This document shows, piece by piece, positions 23,560 to 36,117 of a DNA stretch of 64,000 bases (position 1 is the first letter of the stretch; every line of letters starts with the position of its first letter). The notes beneath the pieces are model-generated. The model was not told the origin of the DNA, searched no databases, and worked only from the letters and a program-made list of their open reading frames with translations. The DNA comes from Podospora anserina (Eukaryota): contig CM030334.1 of the NCBI GenBank assembly GCA_017654855.1, forward strand, positions 2,728,001 to 2,792,000, read 5' to 3'. Both the position numbers and the translations under genes were made by a program.

Positions 23560-26473
23560 TTAGTTATCAAACTGCTTCTTCAACTCCTTCCACTTTTGCT
23601 TGAGGGTCTCATGTTGAGAATTGACCTAGTCACAAAGACGTTAGCATCATCAGTCGTCGATAGTGGATAGTAAAAGGCAACAACACACCTCAGCATACTG
23701 CACCTTGGTAGCCACCAGCTCCTCCTCCAAGTCCTTCAACTCCTTCTCCAACCTCTCATTCTCCTCGTGCACCTTCTCATTCCTCTTCATCAAATCCCCC
23801 CGTTCCAACTCCCACGCCTGCTCCAGCTCCTCGGGCTGCTTCTCAATCACAATCCTCAACTCCTTCACCTGCCCCCTCAAGCTCTCATTCTCATCCTTCA
23901 ACTCCTCATTCTCCACCTTGGTCTTGACCAAATCCGTCGCCAGCTCCGCCTGCTCCCGATCATGAGCCTCGATCCTCTCCTCCAACCGCCTCACCCTGCT
24001 CGCATAACTCGCATTCGCCGACCTCAACCCCTCCAGCTCCTGCTCCCTCTCCTTCTCCGCCCTCGTCTTCTCCTCCCACTCCACCTTGTAAGCCTGCAGC
24101 ACCTCGGGCGTAATCTTCACCTCGCACGCATCCCTGACCAGCTGATCCGCCCGGTAAACCTCCTTGTCCAGACTGCTGCTGCTGCTCCCAAAGAAACCAT
24201 TCTCCAAAATCGAATTCGTCGACGGGGTGGCATCAATATAAAAATCAAACAGCCTGTCCTTCAAAAACGTCGTCAGGGCGCTCATGTCCGTGATCCCCAG
24301 CAGCGCCGCCGCGTTCTTTTGCATGAGCACAATGCCAAACCTCAAGATCGCGCTCAGCCCCTCCGAGAGGATCAAGTCATAAATCCTCAACACCAGCTGC
24401 AGCGGGAAGCGGTACGCAAACAGCGTCAAGAACCACTGCGTGGCATACAAGTGCGGCGTGATCCCCCTCCTCCGCAAGTGGCAGTACAGTGCCGGCTCCA
24501 GATCCTCCAGCAGCCTCTCAAACTGGAACAGCCTCAGGTGCAGCCCCGGCATGTCCGCCACAAACAGATCCCGCAGCTGGTAGTGATTCATCAGCCTGAC
24601 CAACAGGCAAAAGGCCTCCTCCTCGGCCATGTTGAAGAGCAGCGGCATGATCAAAAAGTTCATGCCCTGCGCGTACCCAACCTGCTCGTCAAACAGCGCA
24701 TACGCCTTGCACACGCCAAACAGGCCTTCCTGGAGCCCTTGGGCGGCAGCGTACTTGGAGTAGCTTGTTCGAGCACCCAGATCCCTCCTGATGACCTTTT
24801 CCAGCTTCTGAAGCTGAGCAAGATCTTCCTTATCCTTCTTCCTGCGCTCGGCAGCAGCGGCGGCGGATTTGATAGAGTCAGTCTCCTTATCGGTTGGCGA
24901 AGAACCACCGGTAGAGCCAGCCTCGGAGTTGACCGACGAGGCAGACGAGGCCGAGTCCTTGGTGCTCCCGTTGGTGATGCCATTAATCTCCTTGTCAGTG
25001 CCCCTAGCAACAAGTTCCCGATATACTATCTCGAGCTCTTCGTTCTTGCTCTGAGCCAGCACCTGCCAAATAACACCGCGGATGGCGCTCGGGATGCCGG
25101 TAGCAATCGCCTTATTCAGCTCCTCGGCACTCGTCCGGGCCACCGCCGCAGGACCCTCGTAGACAACGGCCTGCCAAAGATCCCAATCAACCGGCGTGTC
25201 GGTCATGGCAGAAGGCCCGGCATTGACACCCGAGACAGTGCCCGGAGCCAGATTCCGGTTCGGGCTTTGCGGCAGCGGCGAGGGCGGTGGTTTCGGGATC
25301 GAAACAGTATCAGCATCGCCGTCCTCATCACCTTGCTTCTCCTCGTCCCCATTCATACCAGGAATCCCAGCCTCTTCCCTCATCCGCAGCGCCTTGAACC
25401 GATCCTTCAAGCTGTTCCTCGACCCGATCGCCCTAGTCTCGTCATCCTCGTCCAGCTTGCTCAGCATCATCTCCGGATTGCTCGTCATGGTGGCGACCGA
25501 GCTAGCCGTATTCCTCCTCGGGGAAGGTGCTGGTGGCACAGGTGTCTCAACCTTGGTCGAGCTTCTCGAAAGCCATGAAAAGGGGCTGTTGAACTTCCGA
25601 CCAGTCGGCGCGGGAGCAGCAGTCGAAGGAGGATTTGGCGAGGGCGGCGCAGCCGGGGGGCTCTTTGACCGAGTATCCCAGGGCATGCTGATGCTGCTAA
25701 AAGACATAGTTTTGGCAGTGTGAGCCTTTTCCGGGGCAGGGGCGGGCTTCTCTGCGATGGCAGGTTCGGGGCTGGTCGGGACGGGAACCTCCTGAGCTAC
25801 TGCTGGTGCCGCAGCAGCGGGGACGGAAGCGGCAATTTTGGCTAGTTGGGTGGCGGCCGTTGGAGTTGAATCGTCGTCTAGGTTCACGTTGTCGAGAGAG
25901 CCGGCAGAAGCTTCAGAGACACGGGAGAAACGGCGCGATATTCTGTGGTCGCTCGTCGTCGGGGATTCCGGCTTTTCGACCACATCGGCGGGCCCATCGA
26001 CATTGAGCACAGATTGCCGAGCGGGAGCAACTGGGGACTGAGGCTCCTCGTAGTCGGACTCGGTTTCCTCCTCCACGGTGAGGGGCGTGACCACGGACGG
26101 TTGTCGCTTGGTCAACGACCGGACCGAACCTGTCTCGCCCGACTCGACGGCATCTTCAAAGGTGTCCTGCTCGTTGCAAAAAAACAAATGATTAGTACGA
26201 CATTGAGGTTGTGTGACGGTGTCATCGGGAGATGGCAGGAGGAGATTTGGGGTGGTCCATGCAAGACCAGCCAGCTCCCGTCAGCAGGCGAAAAAGTCGA
26301 CGTACCGTGTCCTTGTCCGAGTCCCTTGATGGCGGCCTCTGCTCCTGCTGTGGTGGTGCTTTTGGGGTTTGGACCGTTTCTTGGTCCGCTACGGGAGAAA
26401 GCGGCGTTTGTTGCAGCTCCTCCCTCTCCTCCACGACAGGAGACTTGATCGTCTCCTCGATGGCTGTCGACAT
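23560..26473 (-). CDS. gyp5: TBC-domain Rab GTPase-activating protein, Gyp5-like; exons 26473-26306, 26166-23689, 23625-23560
   Basis: GIPSAIRGVIW, IRRDLGART (Arg finger), GYAQGMNF (Gln finger), EEEAF, YATQWFLTLF; disordered N-terminus and C-terminal coiled coil; canonical introns. Confidence 0.88.
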
Positions 26474-28494
26474 GGTGACCTTTACCGCCGGCGCAACCCT
26501 CTCCTTGTTCCGTCACCCTTCACCGGCGTTGTCGTATCACGTTCTATAATCGGCGGCGAAACGAGGTCGGAATGATGCTGTCGTAGTTTGCTCACGCGCG
26601 CAGCTTTGTGGCCATGAACAAAAAAAGGGGGTGGATATCCGTATGGAATCGACTTTCTAGATGGCGAGCGCCGGGGTGGATGATTTGGGTAATCGTTGTT
26701 GCAGCAGTGTCTCGTGTCAAGAGGGAAAACCGTTGGTTGAGGTGTCCTTCGTCAAAAAGTGAAAAAGAAGTCGTCGTAACAGGAGAGCAAAAAAAGAAAA
26801 AAGAAAAAAAACTGTATGGATTCTCTCTCCCTCTCTCTCTGCTGGAGTAAGATCAGGAAAAGTGTTCAGGTGGTTTTTTTGGAATGAAGCGCTTCGTTTG
26901 CGCCTGCCCGGACGGAGCCCCTTATTTCCAATCGAGGCTTCCGCTAAAAACGGGGGCCTAGGTTGCCAGCTGTGGGGGGGCATGGGGGGGCCCCTCTCAA
27001 CAGGCGATCTCCTTGACATTAACCAACGGGGGCACTGCTCACGAGCTGACCACAGCTTCAGAACTTCAACCTCCACACCTCGGTCATCTTGTGGTAATTG
27101 TCTAATAAATGGCATTTCTCGCGTTTAATCGACACCCACGCCATTAAACACGGTTCCCATACCTCGACTTGACAGCTGTTCCAATTCCTTCTTGGCTCAG
27201 CCATCCATCATCCGTACGCACCACACTGCTGCATATCCAACACCTACAGGCAACTAACAACAAAGAACCTATTGCACAATCTATTCATTCTCCTCCTTAT
27301 CAAACCGCATATACTCCGTACCCTCCCTCGTCTTCACATCTGTCCATGTCTTCAAGAACAAGCATCACCCCAAAAAACGCAGCTAAGGATAAGCGCTACC
27401 TTGGCGATACCTCCGCCATCCCCCTCACCACCTCATAGGCCACGGTACCGCCGAAGTCACACACCACCTCACCTCCACCCCTTCCGAACGTTTCGTTTCA
27501 TCGTTTCAGCCCTTTCCTCTTTTGGTTGGGGGCTGCTCGTTTCCAGTTCTTCTGTCCTTCCACAGGATCGCCAACCGTTCCAACGCCTCTCCCGGTGCAG
27601 ATCACCCTCACAGGCGGAGCTGCATCGTCCGATCTTTTCTTCCTTACCTCGAATCAGAATGTTCCAACCGGCTTCTGTTGCAGACGTCGTCCACCAACAG
27701 AACAGCAAAGCAAACAGTTTTGACAGCTGCAAACTACCATAATGCGAAACTAGTCTAACGTTACCTCATTCAACATGACTCCATTCACGTCATGTAGGAA
27801 AAAGAAGCGAGAGCAAATTCCACCCCCGGATGACCCGAGATTTGGTAAAACATTCAGTTCGCATTAACTGAAATCTCACATAAATCTGCCTTGCGAGGAT
27901 ATACATATGTATCGTCTCCGCAGCGTTAATTAGGACGGAAAAAAAAAGGAAATAAAACTTTGCGATATTGACAGGGCAATGCACAGATAAAACCAGGGAA
28001 TCCCCACGATGTTCTAAATATATATATTTTTTGATATCTGGAGTCTCAAAGCTCAAGAGCTTCATCAGTCGCAAATATGTCTGGGTTCAACCCTATGAAA
28101 CAGAAAACCATGTTGAACATGAAAAACAAGGGACAAAACAAACATTGTAATTCTGGATGAAAGTCACCCTTCACCACCTTCTCCTTCTCTATTAGTAGTA
28201 TGCAATACAGTAGTACCCTCTACAGGCCACCCAGATCCAGCTGTCCAACTCGCATCTCATCACCTCCTCTGTGATGTGTCCAGTCCAGTCCTGTCGGAAC
28301 CCTCACACCCTCCCAATCTAAAAAGTCAAAAAGAAAAAAGCTCGTGGTATCACCCCTTTCCCTTCCCAAGCCCAACGACCATCTACCCATCCGATCACCT
28401 TTAACCAAATAACGCCCGGAAAAAAAAACACAAAAGAAACCCAGTCGCTATGCATTCCCCCCTTCCTACCCATACCCAGAAACAAAAAAAAAAA

Positions 28495-31400
28495 TCAAGC
28501 CAACCCCAACCACTTCAGCGCCTTCTTCCCATCCCCCCCACCACCACTCCCCCTCCGCCTCCCATACATAGGCATCAACCTCCTCTCCTCCTCATCCAAC
28601 TCCCCGTAATCCTCCTCATCATACGACGACGTAACCGGCAGGTGACTCAGCGTAGCCACCTGTCTCAACCGGTTGTTATTCCCACCATTATGGCTCAAAC
28701 TCTGGGAAGACGCCGTCCCCGTAGAAAACCCATACGGCCTACCTGTTGAGCCCTGCCCCCCAAGATGAACCGCCTGCCCCCTCGGCCTCCCCCACCCACC
28801 ACCCCGCTCCATCTGCTTCTGCGCCGTCAACGGATGCGGGCTCTGCATCGTCACAGGCGTCACATTTCTCGAGATCGGCGTCATGTTCCTCGAGATCGGC
28901 GTCATGTTCCTCGGTGTGGGAGTCACAATTCTCGACCCGGGCGTCATATCCCTCGGCGACATCGCCCCCCGCGACAGCGCCGCCGAATCCCTAAAAACCG
29001 GCGGCCGCAACCCACTAGGACAAAACGATTCCGCCGGCGACGCAGGCGGCGTGTCCAACCCCGAGCTGGCAATAGAATGATGCCTCACCTTTTCCCCCTG
29101 CTGCTGATACTCCTCCGTCGTCTGCGTCCTTGCCGCCTTGATGATCAATGCCGGATAAACCTGCTTCCTTGTCCCCGTCCCTTCCCCCGGTCTCGCAACC
29201 TCGCTGATCGGCGTTTTGGGTGGCGTGTAAAAATCCGACACCGACACCAGCTGCTTCTGCACCGACGCAAGAAACGTGGCCGTGTCCGCCTCGCTGGCTA
29301 CAGAAGGGAGGATGTAATCCGCCTGGGTGAATGACGGGGAGCCGAGCAGTGCTTCGAGTATGCTCCCAAAGTCCTCTTGTGACATGGGCGCAGTGGAGGA
29401 TTTGTAGACTTCAATGCTGGGCGGTGGGGAGAAGGGTCGGTTGAGCGCCGAGGCGTCCCCGTTGATGACGCCGGCTATTCTCATGATTTCGTTCCCCATG
29501 AGTTTTTGGACTGCGAGGATGGTTTCGAGGTGTTCGGAGGGGTATTCGATGAGGAGGAACCGGACTTGAGGGCGGGAGCAGAGGTAGCGTTCGATGTAGG
29601 GGATTATCAAGGCCGCGAGGACTGCTCGGTCTGAAAAGGGGTTTGCTTGGGTTTGCTTGGAGAGTGGTTGGGCGGTGTAGGCTTGCATTGCGGCGCCGAT
29701 GAGGTCTCTGTGTAGGGTTAGCAACTGATAGATGACGGGTTAGAAGTTGGGGGAGCCGTACCTCAGGCTCACGCGCCCAGTCCTAGAAACACCATCTTTG
29801 CAACCGAGCTTCTCAAGTAGTTGAACCACCTCATCAAGTCGAGCCTTGCTCACCCCAACCTCGCCACCCACTCCCAACATCATGTCAACCTTGCCCTTCC
29901 TCACATACCGGCTCACCACAGAAAGCTCGTCCCAAATGCTATCCGTCACCGACCCATCCCCCGACGACCTCGGCCGCCGCCGCCCCGTCCGCGTCTGCGC
30001 GCACTGTGAAGTAAGAATGGACCTCAGCGAATTCTGCGTCACAACCGACGTCTCCTCCCCAACCGGCAAACTCCAAAACCGCTGACCCCCCTCAAGCGCA
30101 CTCACCGGCCTCGCCTCCGAAGGCGTCGGCGAATGCCCCGGCGTCGGCAACCCGTGAACCAACCCACCATTAACCCAACTCTGCTTCCTCCCATCACCCG
30201 CCGCCTCCGCAAAAGCCCCCGGGCTCAAACTCTCCAGTATCCTCCTCGTATTATCATACCCCTTCTCCAAAACCCCCGAGTCAAGGGCGGCGGTGGTCCG
30301 AACCGGCATCCTATCCGTATAATCGCCTCTCTGAAAGCCCTGAAATACCAAATCCAGCGATTCGTCCGATTGGGGTGTAGAAAGATGGATTACCAAATCC
30401 TCCCTCAGCGGCAGCACCGGTTCAAATGTTTTGTCGGTCTCGGTCGCGGCGGCGGCGGCGGTGCTCTCGTGATCGGACGGTGGTGGCTCGGTGGTGAGAT
30501 TGGCGTTGTGACCTCGGCCCCACTGCTCAAACAAGCCCAAGCGGTGGTAACCTCCCATGTTGTCATCATCGCGGTCCACCCCCAAATGCCTCCCAAGGCT
30601 CGTCAAGTTATTTTCAAACGTCAGCTTGTCATCTGCCGACCGTGGCCTCTCATTTTCAACACGACACCCTCGAGAAGAAAACGACGGGTCGGATTGGTCC
30701 CCCTCAGCAAGGGAGGGCGGCGGCTCCTCCCTGATTCCAGTCCACCTAATAAGAGGCGACGGAATCTCAATCCTCAGAGGCGTTCGTCGGGTGCTTGATG
30801 GCAATGTCTTTCCGCAAGAAGATGAGCAAGGCGACGTAATAAGCCCGTTCTTGTTATCGCGCCCGTCACTCGAAGCCGCTGACGACGACGACCCCTTAGA
30901 TCCCCCCAGCACTACACTCCCCGCGACAGAGTCCACCACCGACAAGCTCATGCTCCTCCTCACAACCTTCCTCTTCCTGATCTCCACAATCCTGACCGTC
31001 ATATCAACCTCACTGATACCACCCGCCGGCTGCAAAAAAGCCGTTTCCCTATCCAGCAAATCCGCCGCCCTCATCGCCCTGGTCACAGGGTCCTCAAACG
31101 GACTGTGGCGTTCTCCCTGCTGGACAAGCACAGTCTCCTTTGGCAACGATGGCGTGGCATTCCTGAGACGCAACGGTCGCGGCACTAGACCGGCAGATCT
31201 CGGGCTAGCAGCAACAACCTTGACTTTCTCCAAGGCCGCTACCGAAGGACCGTGGTTCTTGGCGCAACGGCGTGAGGCTTCCCTAGCAAGGTGAGCAGCA
31301 CCTTTGCTAGCCAGTTGGCAAAACACCAGATCTGCCTCCTCGACGTTGCCGCTGGTTTGTTGCTTGCTGATCGCCGAGAGACATAGCGCGTGGGCTCCGA

Positions 31401-31692
31401 CTGTGCCCCCGTGTGTGAACACGATGCGCCCTTCCTCGGGTGTGGATTGCTGCAGGAACTCTTGGGCTTCGGCATGTCGTTTTTGGGCGGCGACATGGAC
31501 CCTGTGGATGAGCTGGGTGGCGTCAGGGTAGTCGTCTTTGTTGATGTTGCCGAGGTAGTGTTGGAGGGCGGGGAGGATGAGGATGCGAGGTGAGGTGGGC
31601 AGAAGGCGCAACTGGGTCGCTACCAGTCTTGCTGGACCTTCCAATGCCACCAGACAGCCGTTGAGCTCTGGCGAGCCTGTCGATTCTGCCAT
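28495..31692 (-). CDS. Hypothetical protein, ~1050 aa; exons 31692-29762, 29707-28495
   Basis: Two long ORFs joined in frame by a 54-nt intron 29708-29761 (GTACGG...GCTAAC...CAG); globular-looking blocks LVALEG...QLRLLPTSPRILILP and AMQAYTAQPL...NPF; ends KKALKWLGLA; short RNMTPIS repeats. Confidence 0.8.
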
Positions 31693-34302
31693 TTTGTTGT
31701 CGTCGTCGAGAATATTTTCTCTGAATTATTCGCCGTGGGATCTTGTCGTCTGAAGGGTGATGGCAGCAACGACCCGGCCATAAAGCATGCTCAGCCCGTC
31801 TCCAAGGAAGTACCAGGTATGTTCTCTCGTCGTTGGCCTGGCAATCAGAGAAGAAAGAGAAAGCGGAAAGAAATGCTCGTAAGTCGTAAGGGTTGGTTTA
31901 TACCTGCTGTGCGCCCAACAACCAACAATGATGTCGCTTAGACAGCCGGTGGCTTGTGAAGAAGAAAATCAAGAGAGACCAGGCTCGGGCATTGCAAATG
32001 CACCTGAGGAAATAAAGCGATGTAAAAAGTAAAGGAGGACGAGAACAGGAGGGGGTGGCTTACTCGAGATAGAAAAAAAAAGAATTGGGTCGCAAATGGG
32101 CCAAGTCGCAGAGCAGACAGACAGAAGACAAGGGCGGGCCAGACTCTGGATGAAGTGGATGCGGGTATCCAGAATCGCTCACTCACTCATGTGGGTAACA
32201 CCACCGGTTAACCGTAGCGTCCTAGTCCTGGGTTTTCCCCAGCTTCCTAGTGAATTGAAACGGAGGCTTATTATTTTTTTTCTAGAATTTTTGGGGGTTT
32301 GCCAGCCTGGAAGCACCAGTGCCACTTGGTTGCGCCTTGCAAACGGCAGCCAAAATAGAAGCATCAGGAGGAGGGGCTTGCTCCCAAGTGGTGTGGGATG
32401 GAAACGGGCTTGAAAAAAATAACAGAGGAAGGGAACAAATAAACTTGAGTATTTACCCATCAGTCCAACCAGTCATGGACGGGGTTCGGTGAAGCTAATA
32501 TCCATAATAGCAGGATGTTAACAACAAACCAACACCAATGGAAGCTGGGAAGGATCAACTTTGGGTATCAGTCAAATCTGACAGACATATCTCTCCGTTC
32601 TCCATAACTACTGAGGTATTTTTTTTTCTTTCTGGCCTTCTCTCCCTCTTGGATGCTTCGCTTCCATTGCACCACATACGGTGGTCCGGACAACGTACCA
32701 CCCTTTTTTTTTTCCTCCTCGGCCCTCATGCCGAGGAGCATAAACGAAGAACAACGTCTCTTCCGGCCTTCGGACCTTCAGTCGGGTGCCAACATGACTT
32801 CGAAACACCTTTAGCAATGTTGTGTGAGGGATTCAGACCTTGTTGGGAGGAGCGGGTCTCTGTAAGCGCCTCTTGCAGACCTGCCTAGTGTGCGCACACC
32901 AACTCTCAACTTTTATCACCAGGAACAGCGTTTGTGAAAGGAGGAATATGTCGTTGTGAGTGAGAGACAATGCCACGCCACCATCATACTTGCTGCTGCG
33001 GAGGCTGCTGCATGTAGGTAGCTTGGTCAGACAGAAAGAAAAAGGGGGAAAGATCAGCTCAGTTTACACAATATGCAAGCAATCACCACATGCTGCGAGA
33101 ATGGGTGGGTGGCTTGGGTGAACCGATGTGTGAACCGATGTTGATGAAGTGTCTGACATGAGGAGAAACAAGGCTAGTTCCATGCAGGGATTTGACTAAA
33201 AAAACGGAGGGTTCCATAGTGTGTGTGACGGATATTCTTCCACAAAACAATGGCACAGCAAAGTAAGCCAGATACATAACAACTCATAGCTACACTCCAA
33301 GAACAGTTGGCACACTTTGAAATACAGGCATCACTCTCTCCTCAAGATACTTGAAGACCTCTTGATTGACCGAAAGGCCTACTTGGTTCCTTGTACAGGG
33401 TAGACAAAGGTGCCATGATCGTCAGCCATTCTCCCCCGCCCAATATTTTGTCCAGTCAGGCAGGGCTGACCCACCGTGAGATAGCGCTTCTGGGCAATCC
33501 CGATCCGGGGATGGGCCCTCCATCCCGTGTAAAAATAGTGACGTACCGCTGTCCAACCCCTTCTCCTCCCAGCTTTGATCTCCCAGTGGTTCGCCAATCG
33601 TTCGACAGATTTGGGTTGTCAACAACACTCAGTCCTCGTCCCACGGTACCCAAGATGTTCCTCCAGACATGACTCTTCTAGTGACAAACGGCAATTTATT
33701 TTTCTGACACCCCGTTATCCTTGCTTTTTTCCGGAGGCGCTGTTGATGGCTCTAGTCTCTCTACGCCGTACCAACTGCCGGCAAGGCTCGGGGGCTACGT
33801 CTAATGCAACTTCATCTCATTCAGCCAGCCAGCTTCCTTTGACTCGGCCGATGTCCATTCTCTACAACTTGCTGATGAATGCAAGTGCTCCAAGACATAC
33901 ATACATACACCTGAAGTGGCGTCAATAATCATGGCTTTCGGCCATTTCCGGGGAAATATAGCTGGCAAGCCCCGAGATATTCCCAAGTTGTTATGGTGTT
34001 GCCTTGAAATTTCATTATCACCGACCAACCTCGCAGGGCGCTTCCGTCCGTCTCGAATAGCACGCCTCTACGCAGCCTCCCGTCAAGCTGAGCGGAAACA
34101 TGCAGCTCACGCTCAGTCCTTGCAATCACGCGCAATCAAACCCGGTGGCGTCCCAGGAACCACTTGTAGAACGACGGGAACACTGAAACAAGCAGGTCTG
34201 GAAGAGCAACCCGCAGCAATACGCAGGAACACAGTGTCTGAGGGCAAAAGATACGAACTGCAAGCCAGGGTGGCGTGCCCGAGCCTAAGCCTGAGGTACT
34301 TT

Positions 34303-35624
34303 CTATTCTTCATCGTCGTCCTCCATCAGGGCAGCGAGCTCTGCTTCCTCTTCGGCACTCAGCAGGCCCTCGGGTTTAGTTTCCTCCCTTTTTTCCTCCG
34401 CGACAGGCTTCTTCTGTTCTTCAACCAAAGTGTCCAGACCTGCCTTTGCCAAGGGCCACACCCGAACAGTGCCGTCGATACCAACACTGCAAAGTCTCTC
34501 AGCCGACCCCTTGGCATTCTTCAAGAGCACCAGCTCAGTAACCTCATCATAGTGCCCCAGCAGAGAGCAGTACAGCTTCCCCGAAGCCCGATCCCAGAAC
34601 TTGATGTCCTCGTCCCTCCCAGCCGTGATCACCCATTGGTCCGTGACAGCCACAGCGCGAACATGATCCCCATGTTGAAAACTGTCCTCGCAGCTGAAGT
34701 TCTTTATCCTCGACAGGCACTTGGCCGTCCCGTCTCCGCTCGACGTCCACAAGTCGACCTCGTCCCCGTCGTGGTCGAGTACGAGTTTGTAGACGGTTGT
34801 CTCGTGCTCCAAAATTGTCCGCCTTTCCGTGCCGGGCGCATTGGGCAGCTCCTCGACCACCTGCTCCCAGCCGTCGGTCCGAATCTTCCACCGTCGAATA
34901 TGCGGGTCACTGCTGGCACTGATGAGGGAGATTTCGGATTCGGTTGAGGCTGCGTGGTCGACGGCTAGGTCTTGGATGCTGAGCATGTTGACGACATCGT
35001 CTTTGAGGGTGTGGAGGCGGGCTCCGGAGGTGATGTCCCAGACGATGATCTTCTTGTCGGCGCCGCCGCTGATGAGGATGTCTTTGCCTCGGAGCCTGGC
35101 GCAGACGACTGCTTTGACAAAGTCTGCGTGGCCGATGTACTTTTTCCCTGGTGTCTTGGTGTCCAAGTCCCAAGACCAGACTGACTTGTCCCAGGCACCA
35201 GCAAAGAGTGTCCCGTTGTTTGAGCCTCCGACGGTGACACAGCTGACTGGTGTTGTTGGGCCGCGATAGACTGTTTTGGTGTTTTCAGGATCCTGTTCAC
35301 TATCAGCATATGCTGTGGGTTGCTAAGGAATCCAATCACTTACCTCAAAGTCCACCCTCCTCACAGCTCCTGCAGACTCGGCAACCAAGACAGCAGAAGA
35401 CGGGGATCTGGGGTCCAGCACAGCTGCGAGGATCTTGGACTTTAAGACGATGGGGTTGCCGTATTTGTTGCCAGACTTGGCCGCCCTTCTTTGCCTTGTG
35501 GCCTGCTCTGCACTTTGTTGGTGTATAGGTTAGCTCGTGATCCAAACACTCACGAATAGGGGCCCCTGTCAGTTTGGATAACTCACTCTGTCTCGAAAAA
35601 GTGACCTGGGTCTGAGGACTGCAT
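34303..35624 (-). CDS. WD40-repeat protein; exons 35624-35587, 35512-35344, 35292-34303
   Basis: GAWDKSVWSWD, GHADFVK...SGGADKKIIVWD, TAGRDEDIKFWD, GHYDEV...SVGIDGTVRVW; two canonical introns; acidic tail. Confidence 0.9.
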
Positions 35625-35906
35625 CTTGACTGCGGGGTTATCGATTTTGAACTGGGAAAAAGGAGATAAAAGAAGAGGAAAACAGCCCCTGACTTATAGA
35701 TCTGGAAATACAGCTGCCTGGCCACCCGGAAGATGTATATTCTGCTGCCTTCAGTTCATGATAGTGTAATCAGTGGTCACCAGTGGATCAGTGCATGCCC
35801 GACAGAAGGGGATGGAAATGCCAGGCCGTGACAGCTGACAGTGCTTGATGCGTGGTGTAGTGTAAGTGGGACACGGGCCAATTGAGGCGGGGCACGACAG
35901 CAGCGA

Positions 35907-35945
35907 AACGCGACCGCTAAATTGAAACGCGGTGAGACGCGTCTC
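35907..35945. promoter_or_regulatory. MCB-like (ACGCG/ACGCGT) cell-cycle elements upstream of ctf4
   Basis: Three ACGCG cores within 40 bp, including palindrome GAGACGCGTCTC at 35934-35945, ~180 bp before the ctf4 ATG. Confidence 0.6.
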
Positions 35946-36117
35946 CTTTTCAGCGGATGTTTCTCCTGGGGCGCAACTTTCACCGCCCAGCTGCTCAAAC
36001 ATCCCCGTCAGTTGAATATCCACAGGGGACTGCTACGACGACGACAAGTACACCTCTGCTGAGTTACTGTTTCATCTATGCGATAATAGAACGGATCGAC
36101 TCAGAGTAAACACCACA

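Noticed and set aside
27169-27723. ORF with in-frame TAG (27436-27438) followed by ~95 open codons, as an editing candidate
   Set aside because: No recognisable protein or codon bias; likely chance.
29708-29761. Two branch-point/acceptor sets in one intron, as a second stwintron
   Set aside because: The first acceptor would give a 37-nt intron, too short, and no second donor is formed; a single 54-nt intron restores the frame.
33916-34947. 343-aa + strand ORF, and SRP-helix-8-like CAGGTCTGGAAGAGCA near 34193
   Set aside because: The ORF is mostly the antisense shadow of the WD40 gene with no ATG start or motifs; the SRP-like motif lacks the required symmetric pairing.
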